A stretch of DNA of 64,000 nt from Deltaproteobacteria bacterium (GTDB lineage Bacteria > Myxococcota_A > UBA9042 > DTJE01): assembly GCA_029547805.1 (NCBI GenBank), contig JAKPOP010000020.1:9797-73796 (forward strand), read 5' to 3'. Positions 54,742 to 63,992 of the stretch are shown piece after piece (position 1 is the first letter of the stretch; each line of letters starts with the position of its first letter). The notes beneath the pieces were generated by a model that was not told where the DNA came from, ran no database searches, and saw only the letters and a program-made list of their open reading frames with translations. Made by a program: the position numbers and the translations under genes.

Positions 54742-56124
54742 TCAGACGTACCAGCGGGCCTTCTTCCAGAGGTGCACCCAGTTCTCGGGGCGGCGGACGT
54801 CCAGCAGCAGCCGCAGGATCCGCCGGGGGTTCAGATAGAACCCCAGATAGGCCTTTCGTTTCAAACCCACCAGGACCTCCCGGGGGATCTCGGGATGGGG
54901 CAGCCCGAAGGAGTAGAAGTCCATGTCCTCCAGCCCGAGGGTGCCCAGGGCCTCCAGGCCTCCCAGGCGGTTCCAGTCGGGGGTGCCCGGGATGGGCACG
55001 TAGGCCGAGAAGTGGGCCCGGTCCAGGGGCAGTTCCCGGGCCAGGCGGATCGTCTCCTCCATGCCCTCGACCGTGTCCTGAAAGTGTCCCAGGATGAAGT
55101 TGCCCGTCAGGCGGATCCCGGTCGTCCGACGAATCATCGCAAGGTTGTGCCGGATGTCGGCCACGGTCATCCGCCGGTTCATGCGCTTGAGCATCCGGTC
55201 GCTGCCGAAGTCGATGCCGAAGGTGATCGTGTGGACCCCGGCGGCCTCCATGCGCCGCATCAGGTCCTCGTCCACCTGGTCCAGACGCATCCCGTTCGGG
55301 AAGGACAGGGGGACCCTCCAGGGCGCCTCGGCGTAGGCCTTCATCAGGTCCATGGCCTGGTCCCGGTCATGGCCGAAGCAGTCGTCCAGGACCTGGATCT
55401 CCCGGGCGCCCCACTTCCGGACCAGTTCCTCCATCTCGGCCAGCACCCCGGCCGGCGACCGGAAGCGCATGCCGCGGCCGTGAATCACCCGGGCGGCACA
55501 GTAGGGGCAGGCGAAGGCACACCCCCGGCTGGTGACGATGGGGGCGACCGGGAAGCCCCGGGCCAGGCCGCCCACCGGGGCCATCGGATATGCCGAGGGG
55601 GGCATCAGGTCCCAGGCCGGCAGCCCCAGGCGATCCAGGTCGGGAGACCGGGCCGGAGGGCCCTGGCGAATCCCCTCGCCGTCCCGGAACACCAGGCCCG
55701 GCACCGAGGCCAGGTCCCCACCCCGCTCCAGCGTCCTCACCAGCGCCACCAGCGAGTCCTCGGCCTCCCCCCGGAGCACGAAGTCCAGGTTCGGATGGCG
55801 CGTCAGCAGCCAGTCGGGCAGCCCCGAGGCCAGGGGCCCGCCGGCCAGGGTCCAGGTCCCGGGCCGGAGCCGCTTCAGGAGCGCGAGGTCCTGACGGAAG
55901 GACCGGAGACCGTTGTTGAAGACCTGGAACCCCACGAGGTCCCAGGGGTCCGACAGCAGGCGCTGCGCCACCTCCTCGGTGACGCCGACCTGCTCCCGGT
56001 CCAGCAGCGCCACGACGTGCCCGGCCCCCCGGAGGGCCGTCGCCAGGTAGCCCAGGCCCAGTTTCGGGATCATCGCCGCCCCGCCGCTCCGGGACGGCGT
56101 CGGATAGACCAGCAGCACCCTCAC
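54742..56124 (-). CDS. B12-binding (class B) radical SAM protein.
   Basis: GTG start with GGGAGGA 6 nt upstream (VRVLLVYPT, a typical class-B N-terminus). The radical SAM motif is TSRGCAFACPYCAA, about 200 aa into the protein. Confidence 0.7.
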   Translation of the reverse strand: MRVLLVYPTPSRSGGAAMIPKLGLGYLATALRGAGHVVALLDREQVGVTEEVAQRLLSDPWDLVGFQVFNNGLRSFRQDLALLKRLRPGTWTLAGGPLASGLPDWLLTRHPNLDFVLRGEAEDSLVALVRTLERGGDLASVPGLVFRDGEGIRQGPPARSPDLDRLGLPAWDLMPPSAYPMAPVGGLARGFPVAPIVTSRGCAFACPYCAARVIHGRGMRFRSPAGVLAEMEELVRKWGAREIQVLDDCFGHDRDQAMDLMKAYAEAPWRVPLSFPNGMRLDQVDEDLMRRMEAAGVHTITFGIDFGSDRMLKRMNRRMTVADIRHNLAMIRRTTGIRLTGNFILGHFQDTVEGMEETIRLARELPLDRAHFSAYVPIPGTPDWNRLGGLEALGTLGLEDMDFYSFGLPHPEIPREVLVGLKRKAYLGFYLNPRRILRLLLDVRRPENWVHLWKKARWYV

Positions 56125-56242
56125 GTCCCGTCCTCCCGGTCCCGCCTGCCTCGCCAGGATGGTCTCTGCCCCTCGGGACACCTGTCGGTCATCGGAGACG
56201 CGAACTCCCCGACGCGCGTCACGAGCGACCCGACGTGAGATT

Positions 56243-57646
56243 CTACTCCTGAGGTGCCTCGGGGGCCCACCCGACCAGCAGCATCATCAGGTCCCTGGAC
56301 CTCCGGGCCAGATCCAACTTGCTCGGAAAGACCTTGTAGAGCATGGCTGCCCGCCCGACATCCCCATAGAACCGGATCCAGGCGAGCCGATAGAGGCTCT
56401 TCATCACCACGTCCGGAACCTCGCTCAGGTTCACGGGGTTCAGGAAGTAGTCCTCCTGCACCTGCTCCAGGGCGATGTGGCGCTGTCCATGGACCTCCTC
56501 CCACAGTTCGGTCCCGGGCATCGCGACGACCCGGAAGAAGAGCGCCGAGTGCAACGGGGACCGGCAGGCGAAATCGACGGTCCGCCACATCTGGTCCAGC
56601 CGTTCCCCCGGGAACCCCATCATGAAGAAGCCATTGGAGAAGATCCCCCGGCGGACCGCCTCCTCGATGGCCTCCCGGGCGGCGTCGAGGTCCAGGTTCT
56701 TTCGGATCCGGCGCTGCATCTCGGGGTCGCCCGACTCGATGGCAAAGGACATGAAGGCGGTCCGAACCCGGGCCATCAGCCCGATCAGGTCCCGGCCGAG
56801 CCGGTCGGACCGGACGCCATTCGGAAAGGCGGGGCGCAGATATCCACCCATCCGGAGCAGGGTCTCGAGGACCTGGGAGGCCCAGGCCTGATCCACGTTG
56901 AAGTTGTCGTCCAGCACCTCCAGGACCCCTTCCCCCAACTGGTGCTGGATCACCTCCAGTTCGGCCTGGACCGATTCCAGGGGCCGCCGTCGCAGCCGTT
57001 TGCCGTGAATCTCGTGGCAGTAGGAGCATCGCCAGGGGCATCCCCGGGTGGTCAGGATCGTCGCGTAACGCCAGGGACTGGGGATGGACATCGACTTCCG
57101 TCGCGCATAGTCCTCCAGGTCCACCAGGTCCCAGGCCGGAATCGGCAGGGTGGCCAGGTCGGGCATCGGCGCCCGGCCCGGGTCCCGGTCCTCCCGACCC
57201 CGGACCAGGACTCCCGGCAGGTCCGGCGGATCGGCCCGGTCGGCCAGGGCCTCCATGAGGGGCGTCACGACGTCCTCCCCCTCCCCGACGACCACCGCGT
57301 CGGCCCCGCTGCGATCCAGGGTCTCCCGGGGCATCGCCGTCGCCTGGGGGCCGCCCACGACCACCGGAACCCCCGGGGCGATGGACCGGATCCGCTGGAT
57401 CTTCTTCCGGGCCGCCTCCAGTTCGAAGGTCAACAAAGAGATGCCGATGGCCTCGGGCCGGAACTCCCGCAGCATCGAATCGATGGCCGGGCCAGGGTGT
57501 TGGTACAGGCGCAGGTCCAGGATACGGACCTGGTGGCCGCTTCGACGAAGCACCGCCGCCAGCGACAGGAGCCCCATGGGCGGCACCAGGCTCGACTGGT
57601 AGGCCCGCAGGCGAGAGGGCTTCAGTAGCAGGATCCGCCGACCCAT
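56243..57646 (-). CDS. B12-binding (class B) radical SAM protein, a paralog of the adjacent gene.
   Basis: The start MGRRILLLKPS lies after AAAGGAA. The radical SAM motif is TTRGCPWRCSYCHE. The domain order matches 54742-56124. The much longer ORF (to 58984) is an artefact overlapping the RlmI-like gene. Confidence 0.7.
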   Translation of the reverse strand: MGRRILLLKPSRLRAYQSSLVPPMGLLSLAAVLRRSGHQVRILDLRLYQHPGPAIDSMLREFRPEAIGISLLTFELEAARKKIQRIRSIAPGVPVVVGGPQATAMPRETLDRSGADAVVVGEGEDVVTPLMEALADRADPPDLPGVLVRGREDRDPGRAPMPDLATLPIPAWDLVDLEDYARRKSMSIPSPWRYATILTTRGCPWRCSYCHEIHGKRLRRRPLESVQAELEVIQHQLGEGVLEVLDDNFNVDQAWASQVLETLLRMGGYLRPAFPNGVRSDRLGRDLIGLMARVRTAFMSFAIESGDPEMQRRIRKNLDLDAAREAIEEAVRRGIFSNGFFMMGFPGERLDQMWRTVDFACRSPLHSALFFRVVAMPGTELWEEVHGQRHIALEQVQEDYFLNPVNLSEVPDVVMKSLYRLAWIRFYGDVGRAAMLYKVFPSKLDLARRSRDLMMLLVGWAPEAPQE

Positions 57647-57732
57647 CGCTGTTCCTTTCGGATCGGAGGATACCGGAAATGCGACTCCCTGGGAAGCAAC
57701 AAGCGGCCTTCCCCTAGTCGATCGGGCGGATC

Positions 57733-58896
57733 TCACTCCAGAGACAGCAGGACCGCCTTCAGGTACTCCCCCTCCGGGAAGGCCGGGTGGACCGGGTGAT
57801 CGGGTCCGGCACCCCGGACCTCCAGCAGGCGCACCCTCCGGTGGGCCCGGGCCGCCGCATCCCGGAGGACCTCCAGGAAGAGGTCCCGACGCATCGCCGC
57901 GCTGCACGAACAGGTCAACAGGAGGCCCCCGGGGCCCACCCTCTCCATGGCCGCCCGGTTCAGGTGGAGATAACGTTCGGCCGCCGCCGGCAGGTCCCCC
58001 CGGCTGGCGGCCAGTTTGGGCGGGTCGCAGACGACCAGATCCCAGCGGTCGTCCCGGGCCAGGACCTCCCGGACGTCGGCCTGGAGAAACTGCACCGGCA
58101 GGCCGTTCCGTGCCGCCGCCTCCCGCCCCAGGGCCAGGGCGGGCGCCGAGGTATCCACCGCAAGGACCTCCCGGGCGCCCCCGGCGGCGGCCTGGAGCGC
58201 AAAGGCCCCCGAGTGGCAGTAGAGGTCCAGCACCCGACGTCCCGTCGCCAGCCGCCGAACCAGGGCCCGGTTCTCCCGCTGGTCGCAGTAGAAGCCGGTC
58301 TTCTGGCCCTTCCAGGGGTCCGCCAGCAGCCGCAGCCCCCCCTCCAGCACCTCCACCGGATCCCGGTCCGGGGCCTCCGGCAGCGCGGCCATCCCCTCCT
58401 CCCTCCGGAGGGCCGGCGGCACCCGGTGGACCACCTCCCGGCTCCCCGCCACGTCCCGGAGGATCGCATCGATCTCGGTCCGGTACCGCTCGGTCCAGAA
58501 GGCGGTGTCCGAGGCCACCGCAACATCCCCCAGGAGGTCCACCGACAGCCCCGAGATCCCGTCGCCTTCGCTGTGCACCACCCGCCAGGCGGTGCAGTCC
58601 GGCGACGGGATCCCCAGGGCCCTGCGGACGGCCACGGCCCGCTCGATGCGCGTCCGGATGACCCCCGCCGGGTCCTCCGGCAGCCCCTCCTCCGAGGCCC
58701 AGCGGGCCAGACGGACCCGGTAGAGAGAGGTGGGATGGAACCACCCCCATCCGATCCGGCGATCCTCGGCGTCCACCACCTCGACCCAGTCCCCGGCCGC
58801 CGGGTCCCCTTCCACCGACGCCACGGCGCCGGAAAAGACCAGGGGATTTCCATGCCAGAAGGGTCGCGCCCTCCCCTTTGCCAGCCGTACCTTCAT
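57733..58896 (-). CDS. rlmI: PUA-domain SAM-dependent methyltransferase of the RlmI/RlmK (23S rRNA m5C) family.
   Basis: The Shine-Dalgarno AGGAGGG lies 4 nt upstream. The N-terminus MKVRLAKGRARPFWHGNPLVFSGAV is typical of RlmI PUA domains. The SAM motif is VLDLYCHSGAFAL, with DPPK in the catalytic region. The gene symbol is assigned at family level. Confidence 0.65.
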   Translation of the reverse strand: MKVRLAKGRARPFWHGNPLVFSGAVASVEGDPAAGDWVEVVDAEDRRIGWGWFHPTSLYRVRLARWASEEGLPEDPAGVIRTRIERAVAVRRALGIPSPDCTAWRVVHSEGDGISGLSVDLLGDVAVASDTAFWTERYRTEIDAILRDVAGSREVVHRVPPALRREEGMAALPEAPDRDPVEVLEGGLRLLADPWKGQKTGFYCDQRENRALVRRLATGRRVLDLYCHSGAFALQAAAGGAREVLAVDTSAPALALGREAAARNGLPVQFLQADVREVLARDDRWDLVVCDPPKLAASRGDLPAAAERYLHLNRAAMERVGPGGLLLTCSCSAAMRRDLFLEVLRDAAARAHRRVRLLEVRGAGPDHPVHPAFPEGEYLKAVLLSLE

Positions 58897-59064
58897 CCGC
58901 CCTCCTGGACCCGAGTCCCCTCCGGCGACCCGGATCGACCGATCCGTCTTGTTGGCCCTTCGCCCGCGCCGATCCTACGATCATTTACCGGGGACGTCGC
59001 CCCGGGGGTTCGCCTCGCCCGTCAACAGGCGGCCTCCCGGGCGGTGATCGATGGGAGGTCCTCG

Positions 59065-59631
59065 ATGGGTGCCGGCAGGAGTCCCGTTCCGGTGATGCTG
59101 CTGGCCGGCCTGGTCGGCACCGCGTGCGCCACGACCCAGGCCCCCGCGACCCGGACCACGGCCCCTCGCACGTCCCCGTCCCTGTCGGACCGGGTCGCCG
59201 CCGGCCAGAGCCCCTCGGCCTCGGACCGCTGCCGCCAGCTGCTGCCCCTCATCGAGGAGGCGGCCCGGGAGTTCCACCTGGACCCCTCCCTGCTGGTGGG
59301 ACTGGTCCGGACCGAGTCGAACTTCCGCCACGATGCTCGAAGCCCCGTGGGCGCCCTGGGCCTGACCCAGGTGCTCCCGACCACCGCCCGGGCCAAGCAG
59401 TGCGGGAACCTCCTGGACCCCAAAGAAAACCTGCGCTGCGGCGCCAAGGTGCTCCGGGCCTTCCTGGAGTGGTATCGGGGAGACCTCTATCTGGGCCTGT
59501 CGGGCTACAACGCCGGCCACGGCCTCCCGAACCGGGCCTCCCGGGACAAGACCCTGCCCGGGAACGTCGACTACGTGGAGTCGGTGCTCTGGGGGGCGGC
59601 CCGGTTCCAGCGCAAAGGCTGCGCCTTCTGA
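59065..59631 (+). CDS. Lytic transglycosylase (SLT-domain) lipoprotein.
   Basis: The Shine-Dalgarno GGGAGG lies 6 nt upstream. The lipobox is LLAGLVGTAC. The SLT catalytic region is ESNFRHDARSPVGALGLTQV and GYNAG. Confidence 0.65.
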   Translation: MGAGRSPVPVMLLAGLVGTACATTQAPATRTTAPRTSPSLSDRVAAGQSPSASDRCRQLLPLIEEAAREFHLDPSLLVGLVRTESNFRHDARSPVGALGLTQVLPTTARAKQCGNLLDPKENLRCGAKVLRAFLEWYRGDLYLGLSGYNAGHGLPNRASRDKTLPGNVDYVESVLWGAARFQRKGCAF

Positions 59632-59691
59632 GTGCCCCCCAGGCGATGACGGTCGGGATCCGCTCCCCCGGTCCGAGTCACCCGTGCCCCG

Positions 59692-60096
59692 TCACTCGGC
59701 GTAGAGCAGCAGGAAGGCGGCGACCTTGCGCTTCATCGCCTCGCTGTCCGTGTAGCCGTCCACCGTGTAGGCAATGGACCCGTGGCGCCGCACCGTCCCG
59801 TTCGGCTCGATCTCCCAGGCGATGGACCCCTGCTTCCGGAGATGGCGACCGTCGATCTCCGCGACGATGCTCCCCCGCTGCCGCAGGTACGGGCCGTCGA
59901 ACTCCAGCACGATGCTGCCCCGTTCCCGGACGTAGCGCCCGTCGAACTCGGCCACGATGCTCCCCCGCTGCCGCAGGTAGTTGCCATCCAGTTCCGCGAC
60001 GATGCTCCCCTGCTTGCGGATGTAGGGACCGGCGGAGGCCTCGAGGGCCGGAAGGAGGCATGCCAGCACTGCGAACGCCGTGACGACGCGCTTCAT
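59692..60096 (-). CDS. Small secreted protein of 134 aa composed of five or six tandem 13-residue repeats (Y-[LIV]-R-[KQE]-[QR]-G-S-I-V-A-E-[LFI]-D-G-x).
   Basis: The Shine-Dalgarno AGGAGGGG lies 3 nt upstream of ATG. The signal peptide is MKRVVTAFAVLACLLPALEASA. The repeats are obvious in both protein and DNA (39-bp period). Confidence 0.55.
   Translation of the reverse strand: MKRVVTAFAVLACLLPALEASAGPYIRKQGSIVAELDGNYLRQRGSIVAEFDGRYVRERGSIVLEFDGPYLRQRGSIVAEIDGRHLRKQGSIAWEIEPNGTVRRHGSIAYTVDGYTDSEAMKRKVAAFLLLYAE
59740..60024 (-). repeat. Tandem array of 39-bp coding repeats (five clear copies plus degenerate flanking copies) within the small secreted-protein gene.
   Basis: Direct reading shows gtcgaactccagcacgatgct... 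and gtcgaactcggccacgatgct... units repeating every 39 nt. The encoded peptide repeat is YxRxxGSIVAExDGx. Confidence 0.7.
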
Positions 60097-60127
60097 GGTC
60101 CCCTCCTGATCCGATCGGGTGCACCGG

Positions 60128-62323
60128 TCAGTAGACCCCGGTGATGGTGCCTCCGATGGCGTTGAACTTGATCCCGATGGAGGCCGACTCGGGCTGCCCG
60201 TCCCCATCCCCGTCGATGTCGGGCTCCACCAGGATCTCGATCAGGCTCAGGATGGTCCCCTTGTCCACCGGGATGTCCGGCGGCCACTGGTCGTCGGGAA
60301 TCGCGGTGATGGCGTCGATGATCTGCTGCTTCGGAACCGCGCCGCCCAGGATGCCCGCCATCGCAGCGATCTTGCCCCCGGACAGGGTCACCGTCGCCTC
60401 GACCTTCGTGGCGTAGAGGTCCACGTGGAGGTTGATCCCCGCCACGAGCGGCAGGTCGAAGGGGAACCGGTACTGTCGCCCGCCGGCAGTCAGCTTGTTG
60501 CCGACGATCTTCGCGTTGTCCAGCGTCACCAGGGGGTTGCAGTCCTTGTCGAAGATGTTGTGGTCCACGATGTACTTGCAGGTCTGGGTCTTGAAGTCGC
60601 AGGTGGGGTTCGTGGGGTCCAGTTTCCCGGCATAGAAGGCCAATGTGTAGGTCCCGCCGTCGGTCCGGAAGTTCCGGTGCTCGAACAGCAGCACGATCTG
60701 GCCTTCGTCCATCGCCTTCTTGATGCCGTCGTTGGCCACCGGCAGGCCCGCCACCGGGCCCAGGGAGTTGTCCACGCCGCAGCAGCAGTTGCTGGAGGGG
60801 GCGCAGGTCGAGGCGTTGTCGTCGAGGTTCAGGCCGTTGCCTGCCTGTCCGTTGTCGGCGATGGACATCGCCACGAACTTGTTCACGACCGGGGAGAAGG
60901 TCGGCTGGCAGACGCAAGGCGAGGTATCGGCGACGCAGACCCCCGCCTCGCAGTGGTCGTTGATGCTGCACTCCAGGCCGTCGTCGCAGGAGATGCCATC
61001 CTGGGCCTCGTGGAAGCACTTGCCCCTGTCACACCAGTCCCGGGTGCAGGAATTGCCGTCGCTGCAGTTCTTCGAGACGCCGGCGCAGAAGCCGTCGCTG
61101 CACGTGTCGTTGACCGTGCAGGCGTTGCCGTCGTCGCAGCGGGCCGTGTTGGGCTCGTTGAGGCACCCCTGCCCATCCTCGGTGCAGAAGTCGTTCGTGC
61201 AGGGATTGCCGTCGTCGCAGCGACTGACGCCCCCGTCGCAGCAGAAGTTCGTGGCCAGGTCGTGCCAGCAGCCCGTGATGGGGTTGCACCCGTCCTCGGT
61301 GCAGATGTTGCCGTCGTCGCAGGTGTCCGGCAGGCCCCCGCAGACCCCGTTGAGGCAATAGTCCTCCAGCGTGCAGGCGTTCCCGTCGTCGCAGGGGGTG
61401 TCCGAGAGGGGCGTGTGGACGCACCCGCCCAGTTCGGGCTTGCACTCGTCCAGCGTGCAGGGGTTGCCGTCGTCGCAGGAGGCCGAGGGGAGGATCACGC
61501 AGCGCCCCTGGCGGCAGGTGCCCACCTTGCAGGGGTCGTCCAGCACGCAGGCCGGTCCAGTGACGGCCTCGTGGGAGCACCCTGTCGGCTCGCTGCACCG
61601 GTCGGTGGTGCAGGGGTTGCCGTCGTCGCAGTCGTTCGCCACGACGTTCTGAGGCACGCAGGCCCCGTCCTGGCAGGTCCCGATGGCTGCCAGTTCGCAG
61701 GCCGCCAGGGCCCCGGAGGGGTCGCACTCGGCCTCATTTTGGGCGGGGCTCCACTCCCCGGGCTTCGCCGGGTTGCAGACCTGGCAGGGGACCTCGGGGT
61801 TCGGGTCGTCCTTCGGGTGGCAGATGCCGTGAATCAGGCACGCGTCCTTCTTCACGGTGAAGCGGCAGTTGCCCTTGCCGTCGCACTGGTCGTCGGTGCA
61901 GGACCGACCGTCATCGCAGGTATAGGCCGTGCCGCCCTCGCAGGTCCCCGTCGCCGAGCACCGCTCACCGTACGTGCAGGGATCCCCGTCATCGCAGGGG
62001 TCCCCGGGAAGACAGGCCCCCCCCGGGTCGTGACCCGGATCTCCGACCGGGACCTCCCCGCCGCCCGGGTCCTGGGGCGACAGGTCCGGCTCGACGTCGG
62101 AGCCGCCAGGGTCCCCGGACGGGTCCGTGCCCAGGTCGTCCCCGGACGGCAGGTCCCGGGAGACATCCTCCGGGACATCGCCAGGCCCCGACACGTCCAG
62201 GACGTCCTCCGTCGTGGTTCCCGGGTCCGTCCCGGACAGGTCCGTTCCAGGGCTCGAGGACCCACTGCAGGCGATCGCCCACCCGAACACCGCCGCCAGG
62301 ACCACCAGTCTCAGCCGTCGCAT
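60128..62323 (-). CDS. Cysteine-rich repeat lipoprotein. It has about 20 copies of a Myxococcales CxDGNxCTxDxC-type motif and a C-terminal Cys-free domain.
   Basis: The Shine-Dalgarno AAGGAGGTG lies 5 nt upstream of ATG. The lipobox is WAIAC. The repeats CDDGNPCTLDEC, CDDGNACTLEDYC and CDDGNICTEDGC are visible. The C-terminal roughly 230 aa lack Cys. Confidence 0.6.
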   Translation of the reverse strand: MRRLRLVVLAAVFGWAIACSGSSSPGTDLSGTDPGTTTEDVLDVSGPGDVPEDVSRDLPSGDDLGTDPSGDPGGSDVEPDLSPQDPGGGEVPVGDPGHDPGGACLPGDPCDDGDPCTYGERCSATGTCEGGTAYTCDDGRSCTDDQCDGKGNCRFTVKKDACLIHGICHPKDDPNPEVPCQVCNPAKPGEWSPAQNEAECDPSGALAACELAAIGTCQDGACVPQNVVANDCDDGNPCTTDRCSEPTGCSHEAVTGPACVLDDPCKVGTCRQGRCVILPSASCDDGNPCTLDECKPELGGCVHTPLSDTPCDDGNACTLEDYCLNGVCGGLPDTCDDGNICTEDGCNPITGCWHDLATNFCCDGGVSRCDDGNPCTNDFCTEDGQGCLNEPNTARCDDGNACTVNDTCSDGFCAGVSKNCSDGNSCTRDWCDRGKCFHEAQDGISCDDGLECSINDHCEAGVCVADTSPCVCQPTFSPVVNKFVAMSIADNGQAGNGLNLDDNASTCAPSSNCCCGVDNSLGPVAGLPVANDGIKKAMDEGQIVLLFEHRNFRTDGGTYTLAFYAGKLDPTNPTCDFKTQTCKYIVDHNIFDKDCNPLVTLDNAKIVGNKLTAGGRQYRFPFDLPLVAGINLHVDLYATKVEATVTLSGGKIAAMAGILGGAVPKQQIIDAITAIPDDQWPPDIPVDKGTILSLIEILVEPDIDGDGDGQPESASIGIKFNAIGGTITGVY

Positions 62324-62366
62324 CGCGCACCTCCTTGCCGGGGGGTCGCCCCCGCTCCCGTCCCAT

Positions 62367-63992
62367 TCACGGATGGCCCACGTTCCCCGAAACGATGTTG
62401 TAGGCATGGCGCCTCAGGACCTCCCGGATCTCGATGGCGATCTTCGTGTCCGGCGGGAGGCCCGGCATCAGGCCCGAGAGGTCAAACTCCGGCAGCGGGA
62501 AGGACCCCAGGGTCTGCCCGGTCAGCGAGGCCAGCAACTGGGGCAGCAGCACGTTCCGGATCAGGTTCCCCAGGACATCCTCGGCCCCCACCAGTCCCCC
62601 CGACAGGCTCGCGATCTCGACGTCCAGGAAGGAGGGCTGCTGGACCGCGATGGCGATCTCCTTGCCGGTGGGCGTGTCCGCGGTGGTCAGGCTCGCCTCG
62701 GCCTCCATCGTGGCGAACAACTGCATGTCGACCGGCGACCCGAACAGTTTCATCTGCACCTGGATCCCCAGGTCGCCCATCTGGAGCATCAGGCGGGCCT
62801 CGTCGTTGCACGCCGACAGGATCGGCGGCAGCCAGAAGTCCAGCGAGACCTGGAGGTCCGTGATGCCGTAGGACGACAGGTCCACGCCCGCCAGCAGGTC
62901 CGGTGGCAGGGGCATCGTCAGGCTCCCGGCCCAGTAGAGCCCGAAGGGGATCTGGTTGAAGAAGTCGTCGTGGAGGCCCATCTCCAGAGCCGGCGGGGTC
63001 GGGTTCGGGGCACCGGCGGGGAAGGTCGGCCTCGGCTCCGGGACCCCGGTCAGGCACGAGGCCCGCCCGATGGACCCAAGCACCGTGTGCTCGACCCCAT
63101 GAGGGGCCACCACCGTGGCCGCCAGGCCCAGCAGGCCCCCGTCCGGGGTGAACTGGATGGAACTGAAGCGGCTCCGGAGACCCAGCGTGACCGGGCTGCC
63201 GCCCGGGAAGAAGGCCGGGACCTCGAAGTCGGTGTTGATGGCCAGGCCCGCCAGGGCCTCCTGGAGGGCGGGGATCAGCGACGCAATCTGGTCCCGGAAG
63301 GCCGCCTCGATCTGGTCCGCAAAGGTCCCTTCGAAGAAGTTGATCAGCCAGTTCAACAGGAAGCCCCAGACCCCGCTCAGGTCGATGTTGAGCCCCTGGA
63401 TCTGGACGTCGGTCCCCTGGGCGGTCACGACCGGCTGCCCGGTGACCGGGTCCAGGGAGATCAGCAGCGTCGTGTCGATCACGATGGCGGTGGCGGAGAC
63501 CGTGCCGCTGAAGTCCGGGCACCCGAACCCGGAGGTCGGCACGCTGACGTCGGCCCGGAAGTTGGGGATCACGGCGTGCATCTTGAGGCCACCGTCCACC
63601 GGGACCAGGTCCACCGTCGGGGTCCCGTAGCGGATGTTCGTGACGTTGACCCGGTAGTCGCACCAGCCGAAGGACCCGGTGGTGACCGGGTTCTGGATCA
63701 GGGCGTTGAGGTCCATCGACTGGATGTAGAGGGTCAGGATCGTCGCGATGTCATCGACGTCCGAGGTGTCGTTGTCGTCCCAGACCTCGGGCCCCAGGAA
63801 CAGCAGGATGCCGTCGGGGACCTGGGACTGCTGGGGGTTCGCCTGGTCCACCGGGTACCACTGGTGGCTCAGGTAGTAGGACTGGACCACGTGGTCCTTC
63901 AGGCCCATCACGTCCTCGGCATCGATCACCAGGGGATTCATGCCCTGGCGGGAGGGGATGTCCACCTGGAAGGACCGGTCCACCGGGTTCAC
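62367..63992 (-). CDS. Large hypothetical secreted protein, 5'-partial. The ORF runs to the window edge without an upstream stop.
   Basis: GC3-biased ORF of over 540 aa with a 44-nt gap to the downstream Cys-rich lipoprotein gene. No recognised motif. The annotated GTG at 63992 is probably internal. Confidence 0.4.
   Translation of the reverse strand: MNPVDRSFQVDIPSRQGMNPLVIDAEDVMGLKDHVVQSYYLSHQWYPVDQANPQQSQVPDGILLFLGPEVWDDNDTSDVDDIATILTLYIQSMDLNALIQNPVTTGSFGWCDYRVNVTNIRYGTPTVDLVPVDGGLKMHAVIPNFRADVSVPTSGFGCPDFSGTVSATAIVIDTTLLISLDPVTGQPVVTAQGTDVQIQGLNIDLSGVWGFLLNWLINFFEGTFADQIEAAFRDQIASLIPALQEALAGLAINTDFEVPAFFPGGSPVTLGLRSRFSSIQFTPDGGLLGLAATVVAPHGVEHTVLGSIGRASCLTGVPEPRPTFPAGAPNPTPPALEMGLHDDFFNQIPFGLYWAGSLTMPLPPDLLAGVDLSSYGITDLQVSLDFWLPPILSACNDEARLMLQMGDLGIQVQMKLFGSPVDMQLFATMEAEASLTTADTPTGKEIAIAVQQPSFLDVEIASLSGGLVGAEDVLGNLIRNVLLPQLLASLTGQTLGSFPLPEFDLSGLMPGLPPDTKIAIEIREVLRRHAYNIVSGNVGHP

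Noticed and set aside
56243-58984. 913-aa ORF spanning the second B12 radical-SAM gene and running antisense-frame through rlmI.
   Set aside because: The N-terminal 446 aa are Gly/Arg/Pro junk overlapping the well-supported RlmI-like gene. The genuine start with a Shine-Dalgarno is at 57646.
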